Assembly (NCBI GenBank): GCA_046314355.1
Contig: JBKBWQ010000001.1
Span: forward strand, 1,184,001-1,248,000
Direction: 5' to 3'
Length of the DNA stretch: 64,000 nt
Source: Candidatus Altimarinota bacterium
GTDB taxonomy: Bacteria > Patescibacteriota > Gracilibacteria > 1-14-2-50-48-13
Part shown: piece by piece, positions 50,514-60,155 of the stretch
How positions within the stretch are numbered: the stretch's first letter is position 1
How the letters are laid out: the number at the start of each line of letters is the position of its first letter
The notes under the pieces: model-generated
What the model was told of the DNA's origin: nothing
Database searches by the model: none
The model's input: the letters and a program-made list of their open reading frames with translations, nothing else
Translations under genes and position numbers: made by a program

Positions 50514-51509
50514 CTAAAGAGTGAAGTTATCTGTAGTAACTCGGTTCATACCCGCATCTGCAAATCTCTCATATGCCCTCTCAGCATCATCCGTAAAGTC
50601 CACGACTCCTGGAATAACTACCGCAGAAGAGCAGTCATCAAGGAGGTAGACTTTTTCTGCAAGCAGAGGATCTCTGGTTCTTATCTCGGATAAGAGATCA
50701 TCTATGGTCCAAGCGACACAGTGAGACTTTGCCTGACCTGCTATAATGATTTTGTCATAAGTGAGGAGTGTTTCCACAAAGGCAGTGTTTTTTGTTGCTA
50801 TAGTTTTTCCGTTGTGATCATCACGTACTTCTGGTGCGAGCACGGAGTAGTTTTCTGTCAAAAAATTATCTCCTTTTATCTCCATGTGTACTTTACTGGA
50901 TCTTGCGATGCTATGAAAGAAGATCGCCTCTTCTACTGATGATACTAATGCATGACCAATTCCGCCCTGCATTGCGTGGTATGGCCAGATGATAAGCGGG
51001 TATTTCTCATCCTTCGCGAGCTTTTCTACATAATGAAGTGCGTATTTTGAAAGCTCTTCATGAGAGATATCCTTTGTTGTTGCACGGGGGCTTACTTTCC
51101 ATTTGCCTGTTCGTACTTCGTTTGCTTGGATTATTGTAGAAGGAGTTGGATGATGTCCTTCCGCGTCTACCCAGAAAAGAGGATGGAATATCTGAAGTGC
51201 TGCATGGGTATCTAAAGTAGGGAAGATAGAAGTAATTTTTCCTAGATTTTTATAGATAAATTCACATAGACGTACATTGTCTTCAATAGCGCCTCTTCCT
51301 GATCTGCCACCAACGTAGAGCTCAAACTCTGGAAGACAAAAGGTGTTTTGAACATCAATAAGCAGCAAGGCTACTTTCTCTTTATCAGTACTGCTTGGGG
51401 TAATATCATATTTTTCTTTCCATTCACGAGCATCTTCTGCTCTTTCTAAGTAAGGTACACGGTAGAAAGTCTCAAGTTTCTTTGTATTAAAGTATGGAGG
51501 TATATTCAT
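50514..51509 (-). CDS. Nicotinamidase/isochorismatase-family cysteine hydrolase
   Basis: LLLIDVQNTF; TLDTH; IWPYHAM; AGQAKSHCV. Confidence 0.85.
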   Translation of the reverse strand: MNIPPYFNTKKLETFYRVPYLERAEDAREWKEKYDITPSSTDKEKVALLLIDVQNTFCLPEFELYVGGRSGRGAIEDNVRLCEFIYKNLGKITSIFPTLDTHAALQIFHPLFWVDAEGHHPTPSTIIQANEVRTGKWKVSPRATTKDISHEELSKYALHYVEKLAKDEKYPLIIWPYHAMQGGIGHALVSSVEEAIFFHSIARSSKVHMEIKGDNFLTENYSVLAPEVRDDHNGKTIATKNTAFVETLLTYDKIIIAGQAKSHCVAWTIDDLLSEIRTRDPLLAEKVYLLDDCSSAVVIPGVVDFTDDAERAYERFADAGMNRVTTDNFTL

Positions 51510-51643
51510 AAAAGCGGGGTTATTGAATGCGAAATGATATTATCACGAAGGATTTATCAAACACAAGCAGGAGATATACATGCTAATTTACAAAGATGCG
51601 TAGGCACAGTATAATGTATGCATATTCTATTTTTACACCTTCT

Positions 51644-52564
51644 ATGTCTACTCAAACTCTAGATCCGAATCTTAGCTTCACTGACTATTATTCTCTTGCC
51701 TGGAAATTTTTTGCCACGAATTTTAAAGATATTGCGATACTAGCGCTTATCTTTCTTCTGCCGGGGCTTATACTTGGACTGATCGCAGCAAGTGGTGTGA
51801 TCTTTGGAGCTTCAAACGCTTTATTCTCACAAGATATCTTAGGAAGTATCACTACATTTTTGATACCCACTATTCTTATTGGTGTGGTATTTCAATTTGT
51901 GATTAGTATCTGGATGGTGCTTACGTTTACAAATTATGTAACGGAAGTCTATCAGGGAGCTCAGATGACATGGAAGCAGGCACTTGCAGAAGGATGGAAA
52001 ATGTTTAAACGAGGATGGAGTACCTACTTGATACTAGCAGCCATTTTTCTTGCTGTATTTATTATTGCCGGTATCATCGCAGGATTTATCATGGGAGCTA
52101 CGGGCATGTTTGATCAGGTGAGTAGTGTGTCTGCCGATGCAACTTTTGATATTCTCTCACTACTTCCATATATGTTGAATATGGCAGTGATAGTATTCTT
52201 TGCAGCTATTCCACTTATTATTCTTGGTATATACTGGATGTTTGTAAGTAACGCTATTGTAGTCTTTGATAAGAGAAATATGGAGGCATTAAATTTCAGT
52301 AAGAGTCTTGTAAAAGGAAGATGGCTGCGCATGTTTGGATATGCTGTTGCGTGGGCATGTGTTTCCATCTTTGTTAGCTTGCTCATGGGATTGGTGATTG
52401 GTATTCTTGGAAAGATTATCCCTGAAGAAATCACATCACTTATTAATTCATACTATACTTTAGTCCTACAGGCTTTTGGTATGGTCTATTTTACGATAGT
52501 GTTTCTTCATATTGCTCCGAAGACAGGTAAAAATAAAGTAATCGGGGAAGCCACTGCTGAGTAA
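51644..52564 (+). CDS. Multi-pass membrane protein (paralog of 49178-50422)
   Basis: SKSLVKGRWLRMFGY; IVFLH; start at MSTQTL. Confidence 0.75.
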   Translation: MSTQTLDPNLSFTDYYSLAWKFFATNFKDIAILALIFLLPGLILGLIAASGVIFGASNALFSQDILGSITTFLIPTILIGVVFQFVISIWMVLTFTNYVTEVYQGAQMTWKQALAEGWKMFKRGWSTYLILAAIFLAVFIIAGIIAGFIMGATGMFDQVSSVSADATFDILSLLPYMLNMAVIVFFAAIPLIILGIYWMFVSNAIVVFDKRNMEALNFSKSLVKGRWLRMFGYAVAWACVSIFVSLLMGLVIGILGKIIPEEITSLINSYYTLVLQAFGMVYFTIVFLHIAPKTGKNKVIGEATAE

Positions 52565-52888
52565 GACAGCACCAAAATAGAGAGATGAGATAGTATGTAT
52601 AAATATAATTTTCATATATTGTGCATAAGATTATCTCATCTCTTTTTTTATACAGTGCCTTTCAAGTTCGTCGAAAGTATATCAACAGACGCTTGAGGTA
52701 AGCACAAAATCACTTAAAGAAAATAATAATATTATTGAAAGTGAAGGCCAGGCAAATACAAATAGCAGCTATTCTTTCTCAAATAACGGGAATGCTTATC
52801 AGACTTACGGTTAAGTATATTAATTCTTTGACACTGCAGAAACTTTACGTAGAGTAAAGACATATTTTATAGAATTTATCTACTATTT

Positions 52889-53359
52889 ATGGAACACGAA
52901 AGAACACTCATTATTATCAAACCAGATGCGATCCAGCGAGGACTTGTAGGTGAGGTAATCGGACGATTTGAGAAAAAGGGACTTAAAATCATGGGTATGA
53001 AGATGATGAGTTTAAATGATGCTATGCTTAGAGATCATTACTCTCATATTGCTGATAAGCCTTTTTTCCCAGGTATCTCTAACTTTATGCAGAGCTCTCC
53101 TGTAATCGTTATGTGTATTGAAGGTCTTGAGGTAGTGGAGGCAGTACGAATCCTTTGTGGAATTACAAAGGCTCGAACAGCTGAGGCTGGTTCTATCCGG
53201 GGAGATCTTGCGATGAGCATTCAGTGCAATGTAGTACATGCATCTGACTCAGTAGAAAACGGTCAGGCAGAGGTAGCTAGATTCTTTGGTGAAGAGGAGC
53301 TCTTCAAGTATGACAAATCAGAGTATCTTCATGTATATGCAAACGACGAGCGAGCATAA
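52889..53359 (+). CDS. ndk: Nucleoside diphosphate kinase
   Basis: ERTLIIIKPDAIQRGLVG; GSIRGD; NVVHASDS. Confidence 0.97.
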   Translation: MEHERTLIIIKPDAIQRGLVGEVIGRFEKKGLKIMGMKMMSLNDAMLRDHYSHIADKPFFPGISNFMQSSPVIVMCIEGLEVVEAVRILCGITKARTAEAGSIRGDLAMSIQCNVVHASDSVENGQAEVARFFGEEELFKYDKSEYLHVYANDERA

Positions 53360-53416
53360 GGTATAAGTTTAAAAAAGCACTCCTAGCAAATAGGGAGTGC
53401 TTTTTTTATAAAATAT

Positions 53417-54256
53417 TTAATGAGAGCTATTGGTAGATTTGATTTTAAGATCCTGCATTGCTTTTATATATTCCTTCATAGAAGCTTCATAAGGATTCTG
53501 GTCAGCGGTTTTCTTGACTATGATAGGTTCACCAATCATAAGCTTCCATTTATCATCTTGCTTGGAAACGTAGCAAGGTATGATCGGAGAAGATGTTAAA
53601 GCTGCAATCTGAAAAACCCCTACTTTTAAGCTATTTCTCCATATCTCAAAAGCATCCTTATCTTTGCTGGATTTGTGTTGGGCATGTTTTGGAATAATAT
53701 GCTCATCAGTAAACTCCTGTGAATTTTTCTCATACCAATTTCCGTAAGGATACATTGTGACATTTGTATTGTCAGTTTTTTGAGTATTTTCAGAATCTGG
53801 AGAAAGTACATCTATGATATCTTGAATGTTGTCTTTATTCTCTTTTCTTATTAATTGAGGTTCATGCACATTGATATTTACTGGTAAGGCATTTACAGCT
53901 TTTTTTGCTAAAAGACTAAAAACTTTCTGATGTGTTTTATATGCTAAATACTTTATTTTACTTTCTCCAATTTCAAGATCCATATCACCTCGTGCTACAG
54001 GGCGGTTTTTTTGTATTCCGTAACTTTTAAGCAGCTTTTGAAGAGCAGGAAAGTCATCGGCAAGTGCAAACTGCTGCCGCATTTTACTGTCTGGCATTAT
54101 GTGATTAGGTGCAATAATTGCATGTTTTCCTAAGAGATTTAAAGTCTTTATATATTCTAGATTTTTAAGGGTTTCCTTATCTAACTCAAGCCATTCTTTT
54201 GGATGACCAGATTCTTTTTCTAGCTTTCGAAATACATTTAAAATCTTTGACGGCAT
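53417..54256 (-). CDS. Divergent lysophospholipid acyltransferase (PlsC/LPLAT)-like protein
   Basis: IIAPNHIMPD (block I-like); MYPYGN (FPEG-like); LKVGVFQIA...PIIPCYV; IGEPI. Confidence 0.55.
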   Translation of the reverse strand: MPSKILNVFRKLEKESGHPKEWLELDKETLKNLEYIKTLNLLGKHAIIAPNHIMPDSKMRQQFALADDFPALQKLLKSYGIQKNRPVARGDMDLEIGESKIKYLAYKTHQKVFSLLAKKAVNALPVNINVHEPQLIRKENKDNIQDIIDVLSPDSENTQKTDNTNVTMYPYGNWYEKNSQEFTDEHIIPKHAQHKSSKDKDAFEIWRNSLKVGVFQIAALTSSPIIPCYVSKQDDKWKLMIGEPIIVKKTADQNPYEASMKEYIKAMQDLKIKSTNSSH

Positions 54257-54317
54257 AATATAAAAAAGAGGTATATAACAAGTATACACCTCCTCTTATG
54301 TCTTGAACAATTATCTA

Positions 54318-54572
54318 TTATTCTTGTTTCTGCTTCTCAAAATCAAGTACCGCATTCTGGAATGCACTCAAGAAACTTCGCGCAACTTCCGGCGTCATAA
54401 TGATTCTCTCCACGAGCTCACCTGTTGGTGGATTCTGCGCTGGAAGCATGAATGCAAAGTCTACGATGACTTCATTTTTTCCAATAGTGATTGATACGAG
54501 GTTTGTGTAAGCGCCTGCAAGCTTATGCGGAGGTATATTAATAGTGATATCTGTAGGTTTATTATCAGCCAT
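54318..54572 (-). CDS. DUF3467-like protein
   Basis: GAYTNLVSI...EVIVDF...RIIMTPEVA. Confidence 0.7.
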   Translation of the reverse strand: MADNKPTDITINIPPHKLAGAYTNLVSITIGKNEVIVDFAFMLPAQNPPTGELVERIIMTPEVARSFLSAFQNAVLDFEKQKQE

Positions 54573-54635
54573 AGTAGTATTTGTTAGTGATGACGGGAGT
54601 AAGTATAGCAGAGAATATATCTGCAGTCATCTTGT

Positions 54636-55694
54636 TTATGCAGTTGCCTCCGCCTCTTTCTTATCCTTTGCCGCAAGCTGTCCGCATGCCGCATCGATAT
54701 CCTGTCCAAGTGTTACTCGTACTGTAGTTGGGATATTGTGCATTTTGAGTATATTCTGGAATCTGATGATTTCAGGTCTTGGTGTACACGTAAGATTCTC
54801 GATAGAACCTCCTGGATTGAAAGGAATCAGATTTACATGTGCATGCTGATCTTTGAGAAGGTTTGCAAGCTGTCCTGCATGCTCAAGTTTATCATTTACC
54901 CCACGAAGCATGACATACTCGTAGAAGATACGTTTATCGAGAGTCTCGGAATACTCTTTTAAGATTGCCATGAGACTTTCTAGATTATATGCATTGTTGA
55001 TAGGCATCAGTTTTGTACGAAGCTCATCGTTCGGTGCGTGAAGGGAGACTGCAAGATTTACAGGGACATTATCAGTCATGAGCTGCTTGATCTTCGGTAC
55101 GATACCAGAAGTAGAGATCGTAATGTGTCTTACTCCGATACCTACTTTTTTCTGATCATTCAAAATAGCAATGGCCTTGATCACTTCATCATAATTCAAA
55201 AGGGGCTCTCCCATTCCCATGAATACAATATTACGTACCCGGGCATCCTCAGCTTTCAGTTTCTGATTGAAGAACACTACCTGACCAGCGATCTCTGAAG
55301 CAGTAAGATTTCTACCAAATCCCATAGTTCCAGTAGAGCAGAATACGCATTTTACAGGGCATCCTACCATGGAAGAAATACAAAGTGTTGTTCTATTTTC
55401 ATGACGCATCAGTACACTTTCGATGGGTCGACCGTCAAAGGTATGGAAAAGTACTTTATTTGTACCGTCTTTGGAAAGAAGATCTCGTTCAACGGTAAGA
55501 GGAAGTACTTCAAATTGCTCTTTGAGCTGATCTCTTAGTCCTGCTGGAAGCGTAGTAATCTCATCGATAGAAGCTGCGCAATCTCTAAAAATAGCCTGCT
55601 CGATCTGGCCAATGCGATATTTTTTCTCGCCTATTGATGTGAGAAATTCTAAGAGTTTATCTGTATCTAAGAGTGAGTGTTTTGTTTCGTTCAT
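54636..55694 (-). CDS. rlmN: 23S rRNA/tRNA adenine C2-methyltransferase (radical SAM)
   Basis: CISSMVGCPVKCVFC; FMGMGEPL; VSLHAP; NLIPFN; DIDAACGQL. Confidence 0.95.
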   Translation of the reverse strand: MNETKHSLLDTDKLLEFLTSIGEKKYRIGQIEQAIFRDCAASIDEITTLPAGLRDQLKEQFEVLPLTVERDLLSKDGTNKVLFHTFDGRPIESVLMRHENRTTLCISSMVGCPVKCVFCSTGTMGFGRNLTASEIAGQVVFFNQKLKAEDARVRNIVFMGMGEPLLNYDEVIKAIAILNDQKKVGIGVRHITISTSGIVPKIKQLMTDNVPVNLAVSLHAPNDELRTKLMPINNAYNLESLMAILKEYSETLDKRIFYEYVMLRGVNDKLEHAGQLANLLKDQHAHVNLIPFNPGGSIENLTCTPRPEIIRFQNILKMHNIPTTVRVTLGQDIDAACGQLAAKDKKEAEATA

Positions 55695-55923
55695 TGCAAA
55701 AGTGATGGCTTAAGTACGGATACTATACTGGAAAATTTAATAAAGGCAAGAGAGCACAATACGTCGAGTTAAATAGTAACTTATATCGAATACTACATTG
55801 ATAGCCAACGTATAATCTATATTAGAAACAAAAGCATAAATATTTTAATTCTTTTTGACATTTTTCGAAACAAAATTAGAATCCTTCAAGTACAATTTTT
55901 GAAAATAGAAAGGTTATTCATAC

Positions 55924-56256
55924 GTGAATAATGAACAAACAAAAAAGTTGACAGCTTTGGTTGATGCAGTTGCTCTGAATGGTTGCGACGAACATGGATT
56001 AGGGTTAAGTTCATCTGAGTTCCTTGATTTGATCCAAAGTAATTCAGAGAAAGTAGTTCCTTTTCTTTCGGAAGATCAAGTGAAAGAACTATGTAAAGTT
56101 CTTAAACTGGAGTTTGAAGAATATACTTTCTTATATCAGGCTATACGAGACAAAGGGCGTCATAAAGACAAAAAAACTGAAGAAGACTCTTCAAATATAA
56201 TACAAATATCGAACATTAAGGGCATCACTAAGAAGGAGTTAAAAACGATGCATTAA
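55924..56256 (+). CDS. Hypothetical protein
   Basis: GTG start with GAAAGGT SD; TTGACA-16-TAGAAT promoter; terminator at about 56269-56300. Confidence 0.6.
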   Translation: MNNEQTKKLTALVDAVALNGCDEHGLGLSSSEFLDLIQSNSEKVVPFLSEDQVKELCKVLKLEFEEYTFLYQAIRDKGRHKDKKTEEDSSNIIQISNIKGITKKELKTMH

Positions 56257-56444
56257 ATAAATTACATTGAAGAGGGTAGACAACTTTTACCCTCTTTTTT
56301 CTTGATAGAAAAAAATCTCATGTTCTTATGAAAAAACGTTGCAAACACTACTCTTTTACTGCATAATACCCGCGGTTCTCTTTCCCGGAAGGATTGGCCT
56401 TACCAGAGAAAGAATCTTTTTTTATTTCCATAGGACCGAATATT

Positions 56445-56933
56445 ATGGCTACAGTAGCGAAAAAAACGCACTACGAGCTCATGATTATCCTTAAGGATAG
56501 TTTGAGTGAGAAGGCAACAAAAGAGGCTCTCGAGGCAATTCGAGGTCATATTAGTGATGCTAAAGGGACAATCACTTTTGAAGATCTTTGGGGAACAAAG
56601 GTATTTGTTTATCCAATCAAGGACTTTACACAAGGATACTACGCAATTTTCTACTTCGATCTTGCAAAAGAACAGGTAGCTGAGCTTAAAAAAGAGCTTG
56701 ATCTTGAGCAGACTATTCTTCGAAAACTTATGATGACACTTCCTCCAACTATGAATGTGAAGGAATTCATCGAGGAAGAGAAGAAAAGAACTCAGGCTGA
56801 AGACGAAAGACTAGAGGCTGAAAGAGAAAAGAAGAAATCTGAGCAGGCAGCAAAGAAGCCGTCTGTACGCGCTCCAAAACCAGAGGAGGCTACATCAGAG
56901 ACAACTGAAGCAAAGCCTGAGAGTGAAGCTTAA
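56445..56933 (+). CDS. rpsF: 30S ribosomal protein bS6 with long charged C-terminal tail
   Basis: HYELMIIL; EDLWGTKVFVYPIK; GYYAIFYF; rpsF-ssb-rpsR synteny. Confidence 0.93.
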   Translation: MATVAKKTHYELMIILKDSLSEKATKEALEAIRGHISDAKGTITFEDLWGTKVFVYPIKDFTQGYYAIFYFDLAKEQVAELKKELDLEQTILRKLMMTLPPTMNVKEFIEEEKKRTQAEDERLEAEREKKKSEQAAKKPSVRAPKPEEATSETTEAKPESEA

Positions 56934-56968
56934 AGCTTTCCTGTTTTAATTTTTTTAAACGTGAATTT

Positions 56969-57427
56969 ATGAGAAGTGTAAACAAGGTGATCCTCATCGG
57001 TAACCTTACACGCGACCCGGTGCTGAAGCAGACAGAGAATGGACAGCCAGTATGTACATTCGGTATTGCAACAAACCGTGAGTGGACGACACGCGATGGT
57101 GACCGAAAAAGTCTCGCTGAATTTCACAATGTAGTAGCTTGGTCAGGGCTCGCAGAAAAATGTTTCAAATATCTCAAGAAAGGAAAACTTGTCTATGTTG
57201 AAGGTTACCTCAAGACTCGTGTATTCCAGAATGATGATGGAACAAAGAGCTTTAGAACAGAAATCGTTATATACGATATGATCATGCTCGATAAGAGAAT
57301 GGCAGGTGAAGGTGATATGATCGAAGAATCATACAATGAAGCAATGAATGAAGCCATGGCTCATGATGAACATCATTCAATGAATCATGACATCTCTTCT
57401 ATTGAACGCTCTATAGACACTCTTTAA
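56969..57427 (+). CDS. ssb: Single-stranded DNA-binding protein
   Basis: SVNKVILIGNLTRDP; EFHNVVAW; KGKLVYVEG. Confidence 0.95.
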   Translation: MRSVNKVILIGNLTRDPVLKQTENGQPVCTFGIATNREWTTRDGDRKSLAEFHNVVAWSGLAEKCFKYLKKGKLVYVEGYLKTRVFQNDDGTKSFRTEIVIYDMIMLDKRMAGEGDMIEESYNEAMNEAMAHDEHHSMNHDISSIERSIDTL

Positions 57428-57445
57428 TTTTTATTTAATTTCACA

Positions 57446-57652
57446 ATGGCAACACAGAAACTATGCAAATTCTGCGGGCAGCGAATTCAGTGGATTGACT
57501 ACAAGAACGTCAAGACTATGCGCCCTTTCCTTGACCGTTTCGGACGAATCAAGGCTAAATACTATACAGGAACATGTCTTCAGCATCAGAAGCAGCTCTC
57601 TGTAGCAGTAAAAAGATCTAGAATCATGGCTCTTCTTCCTTTCTCTAAGTAA
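57446..57652 (+). CDS. rpsR: 30S ribosomal protein bS18 (Zn-ligand Cys present)
   Basis: CKFC; IDYKNV; TGTCLQHQ; AVKRSRIMALLPF. Confidence 0.95.
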   Translation: MATQKLCKFCGQRIQWIDYKNVKTMRPFLDRFGRIKAKYYTGTCLQHQKQLSVAVKRSRIMALLPFSK

Positions 57653-57730
57653 GTATTGTCCCGCGAACCACTGTAGTGATAGCGAAAGTGGAGAGAGGAA
57701 GACAATACTTATCCTGATGAAAATCAGGAT
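57650..57730 (+). ncRNA. Candidate structured RNA element in the rpsR 3' trailer
   Basis: 11-bp stem TAAGTATTGTC/GACAATACTTA enclosing CCACT-GTA-GT-GATA-GC-GAA-AGTGG; followed by the perfect hairpin ATCCTGAT-GAAA-ATCAGGAT. Confidence 0.45.
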
Positions 57731-57745
57731 TCAGGAAGTAACAAT

Positions 57746-57784
57746 AAAAATACTCCGCTGCATCAAAGCCAGTGGAGTATTTTT
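57746..57784 (+). terminator. Terminator of rpsF-ssb-rpsR
   Basis: AAAAATACTCCGCTG...CAGTGGAGTATTTTT. Confidence 0.85.
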
Positions 57785-57841
57785 ATTATATATTTGACGA
57801 TAGTTTTTTGTCTGGTAAAGTATCGCAGTTATTCATTTAAA

Positions 57842-58321
57842 ATGTACTCTATGTACGGTAAACCTAAGCATACTTTTACTGTTCCTGCTAAAAGAAATAT
57901 CAGCAAAGTTAAAGAACTGAGCGTTGCGCAAAAGCTTAACATGGAGCAAATTATTGAAACCATAGGTCTTGATGCTATAAGCTCAGAAACATTTACTAAT
58001 GTGGAGATGTTGAGAGACAAAGATGATAATTACAATGGAATTATTTTAGAGGCAGGTGATAAAGCTCTGTCTTTTCAGACTTCACGAACAGCAAATGTAT
58101 TCAATGTAGAATTTATATCTGCGAGTACCAGAGAAGTGATCGGTAGAATACCCGAGAGTATTGCCGGATTGCAGGCAGTAGCAGGTGCGCAGGGACTCTA
58201 CTCTGTAGATGCAAAAGAATATGCACAGGTAATGAAGTGGTTTGAAGATATGTGTATATATGAAATGTCAGATACGGTGAAAGAACGGATTCAGCATAAT
58301 GTCTCATCAATCGTAAAGTAA
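57842..58321 (+). CDS. Hypothetical protein
   Basis: Promoter TTGACG-16-TAAAGT at 57794-57821 favours a start at 57842 or 57851. Confidence 0.6.
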   Translation: MYSMYGKPKHTFTVPAKRNISKVKELSVAQKLNMEQIIETIGLDAISSETFTNVEMLRDKDDNYNGIILEAGDKALSFQTSRTANVFNVEFISASTREVIGRIPESIAGLQAVAGAQGLYSVDAKEYAQVMKWFEDMCIYEMSDTVKERIQHNVSSIVK

Positions 58322-58504
58322 TAGAATAAGAGTAGCCGGAGAGACTGTAGACGTGTCTCTTTTTAAAAAGAATGTATCTACTATAGTCCATACTTGGCTG
58401 AATGCTAAAAAATGCTTACTAAAGGTAAGCATTTTTTATTTTTACTTGTTATTTTCTTTATCAATAATTATTATTAATAAGTAAAAGCTTACTAATATAT
58501 ATTT

Positions 58505-59752
58505 ATGAATAAATCATTTTTTGAGAATTATCTTACTCTTCTGCAAAATGCCGCTGAGTATTTAAAGCTCGATGAAACTACTATTAAAGCCCTTTCAACA
58601 CCGCAAAATGTGTTTTCAAAGGAAGTGCCTGTGACGTTAGAAAATGGCAAAGAGCAAACCTTTGAGATGTACCGTGTACAATTCAATAATGCGCGGGGTG
58701 CATATAAAGGGGGAATACGTTTTCATCCGCATACAGACCTGGAAGAGGTAAAGGCTCTTTCTGCACTGATGGCAATTAAGTGTGCTGTAGTGAATGTGCC
58801 TTTTGGAGGAGGAAAAGGGGGTATTACTGTAGACCCGAAGAATCTTTCTGAAAAGGATCTTGAGCTGCTCTCTCGGGCGTACATGAGATCTCTCGCTGAC
58901 ATTGTAGGACCAGATCAGGATATCCCAGCTCCGGATGTAAATACTACAGGTCAAATAATGGCATGGATGATGGATGAGTATGAGAAGATTACAAAGAAAT
59001 CTGCACCGGCAGTGATCACTGGAAAGCCGCTTTCACTTGGGGGATCAAAGGGAAGAGATATTGCTACTTCACTTGGCGGTGTGTACGTACTTCAGGAGCT
59101 CTTGAGTTCTCAGAAAAAGGACGGCAAAGGAATGACAGTAGCGATTGAAGGTTTTGGAAATGCTGGAATGAATGCTGCCAAGATTCTGCATGATCGTGGA
59201 TTTAAGATAGTGGCTGTATCTGATTCAAAAGGGGCAATTTATTCTGAAACCGGAGTAGATCCATATGAAGTAGAGAAGGTAAAAGAAGCAACGGGATCAG
59301 TTACGGCATATTCAAATAGTGATAGTAAACAGATTTCGAATAAGGAACTCTTTACTCTAGAAGTAGATATTCTAGTTCCTGCCGCACTTGAGAAACAAAT
59401 CACTGAGGAGAATGCAGATCAGATAAAAGCTCCTATTGTCCTTGAACTAGCGAATGGACCAACCACTCCGGAGGCTGATGTGATCTTAGATAAAAAAGGA
59501 ATTATTGTAATTCCAGATGTACTTGCGAATGCAGGAGGTGTTACTGTTAGCTACTTTGAATGGGTGCAGAATAGAGGAGGATATTATTGGGAAAAGGAGG
59601 AAGTATTTGAGAAACTTGAAAAGATCATGAAAACGGCTTTTAAGGACGTCCATGAGATGAGTGAAGGTAAGAAGGTCTCTTTGAGAAAGGGAGCGTTCCT
59701 ACTGGGTATAGAGAGGATTGTGGAGGCAATGAAGATGAGAGGGAGAGTATAG
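58505..59752 (+). CDS. gdhA: Glu/Leu/Phe/Val dehydrogenase (glutamate dehydrogenase)
   Basis: KGGIRFHP; PFGGGKGG; DIPAPDVNT; GFGNAG; ELANGP; ANAGGVTVSYFEW. Confidence 0.93.
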   Translation: MNKSFFENYLTLLQNAAEYLKLDETTIKALSTPQNVFSKEVPVTLENGKEQTFEMYRVQFNNARGAYKGGIRFHPHTDLEEVKALSALMAIKCAVVNVPFGGGKGGITVDPKNLSEKDLELLSRAYMRSLADIVGPDQDIPAPDVNTTGQIMAWMMDEYEKITKKSAPAVITGKPLSLGGSKGRDIATSLGGVYVLQELLSSQKKDGKGMTVAIEGFGNAGMNAAKILHDRGFKIVAVSDSKGAIYSETGVDPYEVEKVKEATGSVTAYSNSDSKQISNKELFTLEVDILVPAALEKQITEENADQIKAPIVLELANGPTTPEADVILDKKGIIVIPDVLANAGGVTVSYFEWVQNRGGYYWEKEEVFEKLEKIMKTAFKDVHEMSEGKKVSLRKGAFLLGIERIVEAMKMRGRV

Positions 59753-59793
59753 GAAGTAATAAAAAAGCTCTGATGAATGTCAGAGCTTTTTTA

Positions 59794-60153
59794 TTACCAT
59801 ATGATTTTTATCATTTCTCCTGCTCCGATAGATGCTGCATTACAAAGTAATGATAAAAGGATACATTTCCAAAGAGGAATACGCAGAAATGCATAATAGA
59901 AAAATCCTTCGATCAGCCAGATACAGATTTCTCCTATGATTGCATAGGTTAAAAAATCAGTGATAAATGCAGGAAGAATGAACCAGAAATACGGCAAGGT
60001 AAGGGCGGAAGCTATGAAGCCAGCGATAATACCATTACCGGTCTTTACTTCATGATGTTTTAAAACAAATCGTAAAAGTAGAAGCAGTGTTAATGTTTCG
60101 ACACTTATAGTAACGATCAATGCATGAAGAAACTGTAGTTCGTAGGTGATCAT
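59794..60153 (-). CDS. Small 4-TM membrane protein coupled to the upstream SLH gene
   Basis: ALIVTISVET; ASALTLPYFWF; starts 2 nt after the upstream stop. Confidence 0.75.
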   Translation of the reverse strand: MITYELQFLHALIVTISVETLTLLLLLRFVLKHHEVKTGNGIIAGFIASALTLPYFWFILPAFITDFLTYAIIGEICIWLIEGFFYYAFLRIPLWKCILLSLLCNAASIGAGEMIKIIW

Positions 60154-60155
60154 TT

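Noticed and set aside
52629-52814. Riboswitch or small gene upstream of ndk
   Set aside because: The hairpin matches no aptamer I recognise and lies upstream of the ndk promoter. The open frame has no start codon and is at most a gene remnant.
56375-56416. SRP RNA (CCGGAAGG)
   Set aside because: The flanking CAGG/AGCA symmetric-loop residues are absent.
57684-57720. Hammerhead ribozyme (GAAA...CTGATGA)
   Set aside because: Only 3 nt separate the candidate cleavage site from CUGAUGA, so stem I cannot form; CTGATGA is part of a simple hairpin.
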